Assembly (NCBI GenBank): GCA_965278995.1
Contig: OZ257136.1
Location: 133,094 to 197,093 of the forward strand
DNA: 64,000 nucleotides
Reading direction: 5' to 3'
Source of the DNA: Gammaproteobacteria bacterium
Lineage (GTDB): Bacteria; Pseudomonadota; Gammaproteobacteria; Ga0077536
Below the pieces are notes generated by a model, which saw only the letters and a list, made by a program, of their open reading frames with translations, was not told the origin of the DNA and did no database searches. Positions 9,123 to 17,588 of this stretch are shown piece by piece. A program made the position numbers and the translations under genes. The stretch's first letter is position 1. The number at the start of each line of letters is the position of its first letter.

Positions 9123-10100
9123 ATGAGACTGCCAGTGTCCATCCTTACCGGCTTTCTCGGTGCCGGCAAGACGACGGTCCTCGCCCACGCGCTTGCTCAT
9201 CCCGCTTATGCGAAAACGGCCGTCATCGTCAACGAATTCGGCGCGGTCAGTATCGACCATCTGATTGTGGCGAATCTCGCCGAGAACATCATCGAGCTGC
9301 GCGACGGCTGCCTATGCTGCACGATACGGGGAGATCTCGCGCTGACGCTGCGTGATCTCCATCGCAAACGTTATCTCGGCGATATTCCCGCATTCGAGCG
9401 CGTGCTGGTCGAGACGACTGGGTTGGCCAACCCTGTCCCTATCCTGCATACCCTGGTTGCCAACCAACCGCTGCGTGGTGCATTCAGTATTGATGCCGTG
9501 ATTACAGTGGTCGACGCCGAACACGGCCTGCGTACACTGGCCGAACACGACACGGCGACCGCGCAGGTAGCGCTCGCCGATATTGTCGTCTTGAGCAAGA
9601 CCGATTGCGTGGATAGTGCGACACGACTCGCCATCCTCGACGCCATCGCGGCACTCAATCCGGGCGCCGAATGTATCGAGGCCGTGCATGGCGAAATAGA
9701 CCCGTCGCGCCTGATCGGCCGTCAGCTTTTTGAAGCGGCAGCACGCGGCGAGAACATCGACCGCTGGCTGGATGCTGCCCACGACCACGCGCATCACGGT
9801 GAACAGTATGGCGCTCACGTCATCCGGCATCAGGGTGACTGGAGTCTTGCCGGCACGAGCGTGTTTCTGAACCGGATGGTCAATGAATTCGGCTCCCGCG
9901 TCCTGCGCATCAAGGGCATCGCGGCGTTTCGCGAGAAAGGCGGGCGACCGGCCATCCTGCACGCGGTACAGAACAAGTTTTATCCGGTGAGCTGGCTCGA
10001 GCAATGGCCAGACGCCGATGACAGCGGTCGCCTGGTCATCATCGGCCGCGAACTCGACGTTTTGCGTATAGACGAATTATTCAAGTCTCTGTGTGTCTGA
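9123..10100 (+). CDS. COG0523/CobW-family G3E GTPase metallochaperone
   Basis: Walker A GFLGAGKTT, VIVNEFG, metal motif GCLCC, VETTGLANP, SKTD, His patch HDHAHH, CobW_C RIKG. Confidence 0.93.
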   Translation: MRLPVSILTGFLGAGKTTVLAHALAHPAYAKTAVIVNEFGAVSIDHLIVANLAENIIELRDGCLCCTIRGDLALTLRDLHRKRYLGDIPAFERVLVETTGLANPVPILHTLVANQPLRGAFSIDAVITVVDAEHGLRTLAEHDTATAQVALADIVVLSKTDCVDSATRLAILDAIAALNPGAECIEAVHGEIDPSRLIGRQLFEAAARGENIDRWLDAAHDHAHHGEQYGAHVIRHQGDWSLAGTSVFLNRMVNEFGSRVLRIKGIAAFREKGGRPAILHAVQNKFYPVSWLEQWPDADDSGRLVIIGRELDVLRIDELFKSLCV

Positions 10101-10175
10101 GGCACACAGGTTCGCGGGTTCGATGCCTCAGCGCATCGCCCGCGTGGCGTTCCATTCAGGCAGGGGAGTACGAGC

Positions 10176-11558
10176 ATGATACGCATCCGGAAATATACCG
10201 CCGACTACAGCCGTCGCCGATTCATGGAGCAGACGGCGGCCGGAATCCTTGGCGCGGGCGTACTGACGCCCGTCTGGTCGGCGCTGGCGGCCAACGGTGA
10301 TTTCAGCGCGTCCTATCCCGAGGAATTGCTGTCGATCGATAACTATACGAAAGGCAAGTTCAAGGCTGGTGATGTCATCGATGCCAGCAATGTGGATGAT
10401 GTCCAGGATCTGCTCGACCCGATACGCTACATGCAGATCAAGCAGATGGGGCGCAAACTCGACCTGGTCGTGTCGACGACCGATATCACCAAACTCAGCC
10501 CCATCGAATACATCGAAGCGACGCTCCGCCACAAAGGCATGGCCAAGTTCGATGCGACCGGCAACGTCGTTGTGGATGATGGCAAACCATGGGTGGGGGG
10601 CAATCCGTTTCCGGAACCGAAAGATGGCCTCGAACTGTTTGCCGGGATTACGCTGACCTGGGGGCGTCACGACGTGTCGTTCTATCCGGTCAAGACTTTC
10701 GAACTCGATGCCCATGGCAAGGTCGCGTATCGGTACGAACTGGTGTGGTGCGAATTTGCGCCGACCGGACGCGTCTCAGTCGAACCCAAGCCGTATTGGC
10801 CTGGGCATGAAGACAAGCTCCGCTACCAGTCGGTACTGTTCACGATTCCGCAGGACTACAAAGGAACGTCGTTTCTCAACACCTGGTACTACGATCAGCG
10901 CAAATTCCCCGAGCTCGAAGGTTATCTGCCGCAGTTCAAACGGGTACGCAATTTCCCGACAAGCCAGCGTTTCGAGCCGCTGCTGCCGGGTTCGAGCCTG
11001 TATTTTTCCGACGCCTGGGCTGCCGGTGATCCGTTCCTGACCTGGGGCAATTTCAAGATCATTTCGCGCGGGCCATTTCTCGCCGGGCTGACGGAGAACT
11101 GGGATTCGTCGGATGACAATTGGGAGGGCAAGACCCACGGGGGCGAAATCGGTACGACGTTCTGGGATACCAAAGTCGAATTGATTCCGGAAACCATCGT
11201 CGTCGAAGCCGAGCCCACCGGCTATGCGCGTGCTCCCATCAGCAAAAAACGCGTGTGGTTCGATGCCCGTACCGGATTGCCGGTATGCATGGTGACCTAC
11301 GATCGTAAAGGCGATATGTTCAAATCTTTCGACGGCGCTTATTCGGTCTACGACAACAACGGCAAACAGGTCATGGACGGGAAAAATCCCTACTGGTCAT
11401 GGACGCATGTCCATGCCCACGATGTGCAGACGAACAAGATGTCGCGCCTGAAACAGGTCAAGAAGATCGCAGGCGGCTATGAGATGTTCGTCAACAGCGG
11501 CGTCGACGTGTTTGATCAGTATCTGACGACAGCGGCGCTGCGACGACTCGGGACCTAA
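10176..11558 (+). CDS. DUF1329-like periplasmic protein (LolA-like fold family) with Tat signal
   Basis: Twin-arginine motif SRRRFMEQ; GNPFPEPKDGLE, YLPQFKRVR, KKRVWFDA, YDRKGDMFK, TTAALRRLG resemble DUF1329. Confidence 0.8.
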   Translation: MIRIRKYTADYSRRRFMEQTAAGILGAGVLTPVWSALAANGDFSASYPEELLSIDNYTKGKFKAGDVIDASNVDDVQDLLDPIRYMQIKQMGRKLDLVVSTTDITKLSPIEYIEATLRHKGMAKFDATGNVVVDDGKPWVGGNPFPEPKDGLELFAGITLTWGRHDVSFYPVKTFELDAHGKVAYRYELVWCEFAPTGRVSVEPKPYWPGHEDKLRYQSVLFTIPQDYKGTSFLNTWYYDQRKFPELEGYLPQFKRVRNFPTSQRFEPLLPGSSLYFSDAWAAGDPFLTWGNFKIISRGPFLAGLTENWDSSDDNWEGKTHGGEIGTTFWDTKVELIPETIVVEAEPTGYARAPISKKRVWFDARTGLPVCMVTYDRKGDMFKSFDGAYSVYDNNGKQVMDGKNPYWSWTHVHAHDVQTNKMSRLKQVKKIAGGYEMFVNSGVDVFDQYLTTAALRRLGT

Positions 11559-11595
11559 TCTATTTTCTGGAGCAGGCATTGGTTGGGCGAATAAT

Positions 11596-11829
11596 GTGCC
11601 GGGGTTCCGGCGCCGTCGCGCTGGCCCTGACAGACCAGACTTCTTTTACGGTCCGCCAGGGCCAGCACGACGGCGCCTGATATAACGACGCGACTGAGCA
11701 CCTGTCAGCACCGCTCCGAGTTAGCCGACTTTGTTCTGCGCTGCGCCTCGGCCGTGGCTGTGTCCCACGGCGGACCGTAAAAGAAGTTTGGTCCTCCGTG
11801 GGACACAGCCGCGGCCGGAACCCCGGCAC
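11596..11829. repeat. 234-bp composite inverted-repeat element (REPIN/MITE-like)
   Basis: Perfect 16-bp terminal inverted repeat GTGCCGGGGTTCCGGC / GCCGGAACCCCGGCAC enclosing two about 21-bp-stem hairpins whose loop cores are reverse complements of each other. Confidence 0.8.
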
Positions 11830-11843
11830 CCTATCGCCACAAG

Positions 11844-13775
11844 TCAACCGCTAACACCCATCGCGCGCTCCATTGATTCGAGTTCGTCCCAACGCGTCAC
11901 TGCGTGGTCGAGTTCCTCGCGAAGCTGGCCTAGCTCGTCGAGCAACGGTTGAATTTCGGCATAGTCGCGGGCGTAGAAATCCGGGGCCGATTGCGCTGAT
12001 TCCATGGCGATGATGCGTGCTTCAAGCGTCTCGATGCGCGTCGGTAATCCGTCCAGTTCCAGTTTGAGCTTATAGCTCAGCTTGCGCTGGCGAGGCTCCT
12101 CGGTGACCGCCGCCGGTGGGGATGGGGCAATGCGCCTGGTGGGTGCTGCAGCAGGCTTCTGACCCGCGGGTTCATCGGTTGCTGCGAGACGTTTGCCCTG
12201 GCGCAGCCAGTCCGAGTAGCCACCCGGGTAGCGAGTGACCGTACCAGCCGACTCGAACACCAGCGTGCTGGTCACGACATTGTCGAGGAACGCTCGGTCA
12301 TGGCTGACCACTATGACGGTTCCCTGGTAGTCACATAGCTGCGCTTCAAGCACTTCCAGCGTCTCTACATCGAGATCATTGGTCGGTTCGTCCAATACCA
12401 GGAGATTGGTTGCACGCGTAAACAGTCGTGCCAGAATCACCCGATTGCATTCACCGCCCGAGAGATAGCCTACCGGTGTCATGGCGCGTTTGGTACTGAA
12501 TAGAAAACCATGCAGATAGCCAATGATGTGTCGCTCATGGCCGTTGAACAGAATGTGATCGCGCCCGTCGCCGACGACGTCAGCGACCGTGCGTGTAGGA
12601 TCCAGATCGCGCCGATTTTGATCGAAATAGCCGACTTCCAGATTCTCGCCAAGGCGCAGGTTGCCACTGTCCGGTTCGAGTTCGCCGAGCAGCAGTCGCA
12701 GCAGTGTGCTTTTCCCGACCCCGTTGTTGCCGATCAGGCCGATGCGCTCGCCGCGCATGATCTTGACCGATAGTTGATGGATCACCGGCGTGTCGCCATA
12801 GCTGTAGGAAATGCCGTGCGCTTCAATCACCCGCCGGCTCGACTGTTCAGCTTCCTGCAATTCAATTCGCGCCTTGCCATCGGGTTTGAGGCGCACTGCG
12901 TGCTCGGCCCGCATTTGCTCTAGCGCGCGCACACGACCTTCGTTCCGCGTCCGCCGCGCCTTGATGCCTTGGCGGATCCAGGTCTCTTCTTCGGCCAGCC
13001 GTTTGTCGAACAGTGCGTGTTCACGCTGTTCCGCCTCGAGTGCGTTGTCCTTCTGCACCAGATAGCGCCGGTAGTCGCCGGGCCAGCTGCGGAGCTGACC
13101 TCGATCAATATCGACGATGCGGGTCGCGAGCGCCTGTAGGAATGCGCGATCGTGGGTGATGAACAGAACGGCGCCAGGGTAGGCGCGGACGCGATTCTCC
13201 AGCCACTGGATCGCTTCGAGGTCGAGATGATTGGTCGGCTCGTCCAGCAACAGTACTTCCGGCTGACTGACCAGCGCGCGAGCGAGACACACCCGGCGCT
13301 GCCAGCCGCCGGACAGCTCGTTCATTCGTTTAGTCGCCGGCAGTCCGAGATCAGTGATGACCGACTTCACCTGCGTTTCGATATCCCAGCCGCCATGTGC
13401 ATCGATGCGCTGCTGGAGTTCCTCGACTTCGCGCAGGCCGCTCGCGTCCAGGCCACCCGCCGTCAGTGTGCGATAGCGTTCAACCAGCGCGATATGCTGA
13501 GCGAGTCCTCCGGCAACGAATTGCGGAACGGTCAAATCGAGTGTGGCGGGCAGCGCCTGCTCGAGCTGACTGATATGCACGTTCGGACCGCGCCGGATCT
13601 CGCCGCTGTCCGGAATCTGCTCGCCGCTGATGAGACGAAACAGCGTCGACTTGCCGGCACCGTTGCGGCCGATCAGACAGACCCGTTCGCCCGGGTCCAG
13701 CGTGAAATCAGCTGCGCGGAATATCAGCTGATCGCCGAAGTCGAGATGGATGTCGGCGAGCGACAGGAGCGGCAT
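11844..13775 (-). CDS. uup: ABC-F family ATPase Uup
   Basis: Two ABC domains (GRNGAGKST, LSGGW, LDEPTNHLD; GNNGVGKST, LSGGE), linker WIRQGIKARRTRNEGRVRAL, C-terminal KLSYKLKLEL coiled coil. Confidence 0.93.
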   Translation of the reverse strand: MPLLSLADIHLDFGDQLIFRAADFTLDPGERVCLIGRNGAGKSTLFRLISGEQIPDSGEIRRGPNVHISQLEQALPATLDLTVPQFVAGGLAQHIALVERYRTLTAGGLDASGLREVEELQQRIDAHGGWDIETQVKSVITDLGLPATKRMNELSGGWQRRVCLARALVSQPEVLLLDEPTNHLDLEAIQWLENRVRAYPGAVLFITHDRAFLQALATRIVDIDRGQLRSWPGDYRRYLVQKDNALEAEQREHALFDKRLAEEETWIRQGIKARRTRNEGRVRALEQMRAEHAVRLKPDGKARIELQEAEQSSRRVIEAHGISYSYGDTPVIHQLSVKIMRGERIGLIGNNGVGKSTLLRLLLGELEPDSGNLRLGENLEVGYFDQNRRDLDPTRTVADVVGDGRDHILFNGHERHIIGYLHGFLFSTKRAMTPVGYLSGGECNRVILARLFTRATNLLVLDEPTNDLDVETLEVLEAQLCDYQGTVIVVSHDRAFLDNVVTSTLVFESAGTVTRYPGGYSDWLRQGKRLAATDEPAGQKPAAAPTRRIAPSPPAAVTEEPRQRKLSYKLKLELDGLPTRIETLEARIIAMESAQSAPDFYARDYAEIQPLLDELGQLREELDHAVTRWDELESMERAMGVSG

Positions 13776-13798
13776 GCGCTTCGCTCAGTAGACGGCTA

Positions 13799-14368
13799 TC
13801 AACGTACGCTCGCATGCGTTATGACTATCGGCACCATCGGTACGTCGGGCATGCCCTCGACGACACCGGTCTCGGTATCGGCGATACGGTCGACGACATC
13901 CATGCCCTCGACAACGCGTGCGAACACGGCATAACCCCAGCCTTGTGCGGTCGGTTCGGTATAGTCGAGGTTGGTGTTGTCGGACAGATTGATAAAAAAT
14001 TGTGACGTCGCACTTTCCGGATCCGGCGTACGTGCCATCGACAATGTCGCGCGCGTGTTCTTGATGCCGTTATCAGCTTCGTTCTTCACTGGCTCACGGG
14101 TTGGCTTGCGGATCATGTCCTCGGTAAAGCCACCGCCCTGGATGACGAAACCTGGAATAACCCGGTGGAAGATGGTGTCGTCATAGAATCCCGCCTTGAC
14201 ATAATGGATGAAGTTCTCGGCACTTCGAGGCGCCCGATCTGTCATGACCTCGATGACTATCGGGCCTTCGGTAGTTTCGAACACGACCACCGGCAACGTG
14301 CTGGCCGGAGTCTCGGCCTGCGTCACAGCGGCAAGCAGGACGAGGAATAAAGTAGTTAAGTATTTCAT
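13799..14368 (-). CDS. ppiA: Periplasmic cyclophilin-type peptidyl-prolyl isomerase
   Basis: Signal peptide; FHRVIPGFVIQGGG, MARTPDPESATSQFFIN, WGYAVF. Confidence 0.9.
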   Translation of the reverse strand: MKYLTTLFLVLLAAVTQAETPASTLPVVVFETTEGPIVIEVMTDRAPRSAENFIHYVKAGFYDDTIFHRVIPGFVIQGGGFTEDMIRKPTREPVKNEADNGIKNTRATLSMARTPDPESATSQFFINLSDNTNLDYTEPTAQGWGYAVFARVVEGMDVVDRIADTETGVVEGMPDVPMVPIVITHASVR

Positions 14369-14373
14369 GGATG

Positions 14374-15156
14374 TCACTTGTTCTCCTGGTGCTCGCGGGT
14401 GAATACCGGCGTTGCCGGTGTCGACAGCGCGGCATTGTAGCGGTATCCGGCGCGACAGAAGTCGTGTAATTGCTGCGGTTTGCGGCAACGTTGTTCGATG
14501 AGATGGCGGGCCATCATGCCGCGAGCGCGTTTAGCGAAGAAACTCAAGACCCGGTAGTGCCCGTCACGCTCCTCCTTGAACACCGGTGAAATCACCTCGA
14601 GGTCGAGCTTGGCGTTATCGACCGCGCCGAAATACTCCTGCGACGCCAGGTTGACCAGATAACGTGTGCGTACCTTGCTTGCGAGCTTATTGAGCGCCTC
14701 AGCCTGCCGTGCGCCCCAATAGGCGTAGAGATTCCTCCCCCGAACGTTCGCCAGCGCAGTGCCCATTTCAAGGCGATAGGGTTGAATGCGATCAAGTGGG
14801 CGCAGCAATCCATACAGGCCAGACAATATGCGCAGATGAGTCTGCGCGTAATCGAGATCGCTCGGCGCCAGTGTGCGAGCTTCAAGTCCAAGGTAGACGT
14901 CACCCATGAACGCGAACAGGGCCTGTCGCGTCTGGCGCGAGGTCGGTGTGGCTGAGAATTTCGCGTAGCGAACCTGGTTTTCGCTCGCGAGTTTGTTGCT
15001 GATACCCATCAACTCGACCAATGCGCTCGAGTTCAGATTCCGCAATTGATCGACGAGGGCCGCAGTCTCGCTCTGGAACTCGGGCTTGGAACGCTTTCGT
15101 GTCGGGACAGGCGTCTCGAAGTCAAGCGTCTTGGCGGGTGAAATGACAGCGAGCAT
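14374..15156 (-). CDS. yaaA: Peroxide stress protein YaaA (UPF0246)
   Basis: MLAVISPAKTLDF, LRILSGLYGLLRPLDRIQPYRLEMG, NLASQEYF, SFFAKRARGMMAR. Confidence 0.95.
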   Translation of the reverse strand: MLAVISPAKTLDFETPVPTRKRSKPEFQSETAALVDQLRNLNSSALVELMGISNKLASENQVRYAKFSATPTSRQTRQALFAFMGDVYLGLEARTLAPSDLDYAQTHLRILSGLYGLLRPLDRIQPYRLEMGTALANVRGRNLYAYWGARQAEALNKLASKVRTRYLVNLASQEYFGAVDNAKLDLEVISPVFKEERDGHYRVLSFFAKRARGMMARHLIEQRCRKPQQLHDFCRAGYRYNAALSTPATPVFTREHQENK

Positions 15157-15228
15157 GTGCGGTTCCGAGGCAGATTCCGGGACGTATTGTGCGGATTGAC
15201 CTGAGCGAAGTGAAGGGCGACATGGTCG

Positions 15229-15906
15229 TCAATCGAGTTCGTAGCGGTAACCGACGCCATAGACCGAATGAACTGCCTGTCGGCCAGGCAGCGCATGTTC
15301 GAGCTTACGCCGCAGATTCTTCACGTGGCTGTCGATGGTGCGGTCAGACACTTCGCGGAAATCATCGTAAATCAGGTCGAGCAGCGCATCGCGCCGATAG
15401 ACGCGGCCAGGATGGCGCGACAGGGTCGCGAACAGTTTGAACTCCACCGGCGTCAAGTCGAGTCGATGACCATTGATAGTCACGCGCAGAGCGCTGTCAT
15501 CGACAATGACTGCAGGAGCCGCCGCTGCTTCGAGCCTGCCGCTACGGCGCAGGATTGCTTTGACCCGCGCGACCACTTCGCGTGGACTGAATGGTTTGCA
15601 GATATAGTCGTCGGCGCCGAGTTCGAGGCCGAGCAGCCGGTCTATCTCCTCTACTCTCGCCGTCAGCATGATGACCGGAACATCGTTCGTCCGACGCAGT
15701 TCACGACAGATGCTGAGACCATCGACGTGTGGCAGCATGAGGTCGAGAAGCACCAGATCCGGCGCCAGGGCGGCGATGCGCTCCAGGACCGCGCCGCCGT
15801 CGTCGACGATCGAGACCCGCATACTGGCGTCGTCGAGATAGTCATGAAGAATGGCCGCAATTTTCGCCTCGTCCTCTGCAATCAGGATATGCGCCGTCGG
15901 CGTCAT
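15229..15906 (-). CDS. baeR: OmpR-family response regulator, BaeR-like
   Basis: LLDLMLP receiver, EEIDRLLGLELGADDYICKPFSPREVVARVK, DRTIDSHVKNLRRKL, SVYGVGYR. Confidence 0.85.
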   Translation of the reverse strand: MTPTAHILIAEDEAKIAAILHDYLDDASMRVSIVDDGGAVLERIAALAPDLVLLDLMLPHVDGLSICRELRRTNDVPVIMLTARVEEIDRLLGLELGADDYICKPFSPREVVARVKAILRRSGRLEAAAAPAVIVDDSALRVTINGHRLDLTPVEFKLFATLSRHPGRVYRRDALLDLIYDDFREVSDRTIDSHVKNLRRKLEHALPGRQAVHSVYGVGYRYELD

Positions 15907-17345
15907 ACCGTGATCGGCAGCCGCATACGTACGCACAGTCCGCCGCAGCTCGAGTGCACGGCTTCTATCTCACCACCGTGGGCTTCAGCTATCCGTTTGC
16001 AGATTGCAAGACCGAGTCCGGAGCCGCCGAATTCCCGGCTGCGCGAAGTCTCGGCCCGGCGTAACGGTTCGAACAGCCAGGCCAGATCGTCGCCAGTGAC
16101 GCCAGGCCCGCTGTCGTCGACTGCGAGCACTGCATGAGTGCCGTTCCTTTCCAGAGTGATGCGCACACGTCCGGGCATACGCACGTAGCGACAGCAATTC
16201 TCGAAGACGTTTTCGATCATCTGCATCAGCCGGCGTTTATCGGCGCGTATCATGACATCCGGGCTAATCTCGTAGGCATATTCGAGGCCCGCCTCGGCGA
16301 AACGATGCGCATAGCGATTGATGGCTTCCGTTGCGATGGCAGCCAGCGAGCAGCGCTCAAAATCGTATTCGAGCGCGCCAATGTCGGCGCGCGCGAGCTG
16401 ATAAAGGTCGTCGACCAGCCGGGTCAGTCGCAGGTTTTCTTCTCGCAATGAGTCGATAAATGCCTCATCGGCCCTGCGCAAGCCGTCTTTCACGGCTTCG
16501 ATTTCACCTTGCATGATCGCAAGCGGTGTCCGCAGCTCATGAGAGATATCGGCGATCCAGCGGCGACGTGCCGTCTCGTTTTCTTTCAATGTGCGGGCCA
16601 GCTGATTCACATCATCGGCGAGTGCACCGATTTCGTCCTGCCCGCGAACCTGCGCGCGCGCGTCGTATTGCCCGCTGGCGAGCGCGCGCGCTGTCGTACT
16701 GATACGCATGATCGGGTGGGCAAGGCGACGCGCCATGACAATGGCGACTCCGAGAGAAAGCACGATGACGATTGCGGCCGCAATCCCGAATCCTTCCATT
16801 TGCCGTTTGAGATAGCGTACTTCGCGTGGTTCATCGGGTCGCTTTAATCGCGGCAGGCCGACCCAACCGACGGTGCGTTCATCGACGACGATCGCCTTCA
16901 GGATGAGCTTGCTCGAAAACGGTGTGCGCCCGAGCACTATCTGCTGACGCTCGTCATACAGGGTCGGATGCGGTGGGCGTCGCAGATGGTAGCGAGGCGG
17001 TGGGCCTGAAGGCGCACCGGGCGGCATCATTTCCGTCGCATAATCCGGCCCGCCCGGCTGCAATCGGGCAGCTGCGTCTAAAGGCGGGCTTTGTGGCCGT
17101 CTCTCGGCCAGCAAACGACGCCAGACACGCGGTTCTTCGCGCAGACGGTCCCAGCCGTGATCCTGACGATAGATGTCGCCGAGGTCGGTAGCGAGCGCCT
17201 CCAGCCGCAGGCCACGTTCATCGTTGATGAATCGCAGAAAAGTCTTGCCTACGTACCAGTACGTGGTGCCGGCAAAGAGTACTACGCTGGCGAAAGTCGC
17301 AACGACCAGTGCGGCCAGCAGTTTATGGAAAAGTTTCAGACGCAT
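15903..17345 (-). CDS. baeS: HAMP-domain sensor histidine kinase, BaeS-like
   Basis: Two TM segments, HAMP, ADISHELRTPL, ENCCRY, DDSGPGV, SRSREFGGSGLGLAI; overlaps the response regulator. Confidence 0.85.
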   Translation of the reverse strand: MRLKLFHKLLAALVVATFASVVLFAGTTYWYVGKTFLRFINDERGLRLEALATDLGDIYRQDHGWDRLREEPRVWRRLLAERRPQSPPLDAAARLQPGGPDYATEMMPPGAPSGPPPRYHLRRPPHPTLYDERQQIVLGRTPFSSKLILKAIVVDERTVGWVGLPRLKRPDEPREVRYLKRQMEGFGIAAAIVIVLSLGVAIVMARRLAHPIMRISTTARALASGQYDARAQVRGQDEIGALADDVNQLARTLKENETARRRWIADISHELRTPLAIMQGEIEAVKDGLRRADEAFIDSLREENLRLTRLVDDLYQLARADIGALEYDFERCSLAAIATEAINRYAHRFAEAGLEYAYEISPDVMIRADKRRLMQMIENVFENCCRYVRMPGRVRITLERNGTHAVLAVDDSGPGVTGDDLAWLFEPLRRAETSRSREFGGSGLGLAICKRIAEAHGGEIEAVHSSCGGLCVRMRLPITV

Positions 17346-17413
17346 TCGTCTTGTCGATGTCAGTTCGGTGCCGATGGTGCGACAGCGCTTCCGAGTGTGC
17401 AAGCGAAATCAAC

Positions 17414-17445
17414 GTTCAGCGCGGGTTCAGCGCGGGTTCAGCGCG
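17414..17445. repeat. Tandem 11-bp direct repeat (GTTCAGCGCGG x about 3) in a divergent promoter region
   Basis: GTTCAGCGCGG GTTCAGCGCGG GTTCAGCGCG read directly. Confidence 0.75.
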
Positions 17446-17478
17446 TATGGTGGCTATCGGTACGCGGGTGCGTGACGC

Positions 17479-17510
17479 ATTCTCCATGTTCTCTCCATAC
17501 TGACTCCCAA
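17479..17510 (+). promoter_or_regulatory. Putative BaeR-type binding site upstream of the spy-like gene
   Basis: TCTCCAT at 17481-17487 and 17492-17498 (11-bp period), resembling the TTCTCCAT core of the enterobacterial BaeR box. Confidence 0.55.
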
Positions 17511-17588
17511 CTTGCGCCAGAGGATGGCACCACTGTCGTCGCGCATAGGTTGCCGGCGACGTCAATCAACATGAATGGAGAATCGAAG

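Noticed and set aside
9123-10100. COG0523 gene as an Fe-type NHase activator or cobalamin cobW
   Set aside because: The NHase here is Co-type with its own accessory gene about 20 kb away, and no cob genes are adjacent, so the client cannot be assigned.
11596-11829. CRISPR array, integron attC site or tRNA
   Set aside because: Only two units in inverted orientation, no spacers, no cas or integrase gene, and no cloverleaf.
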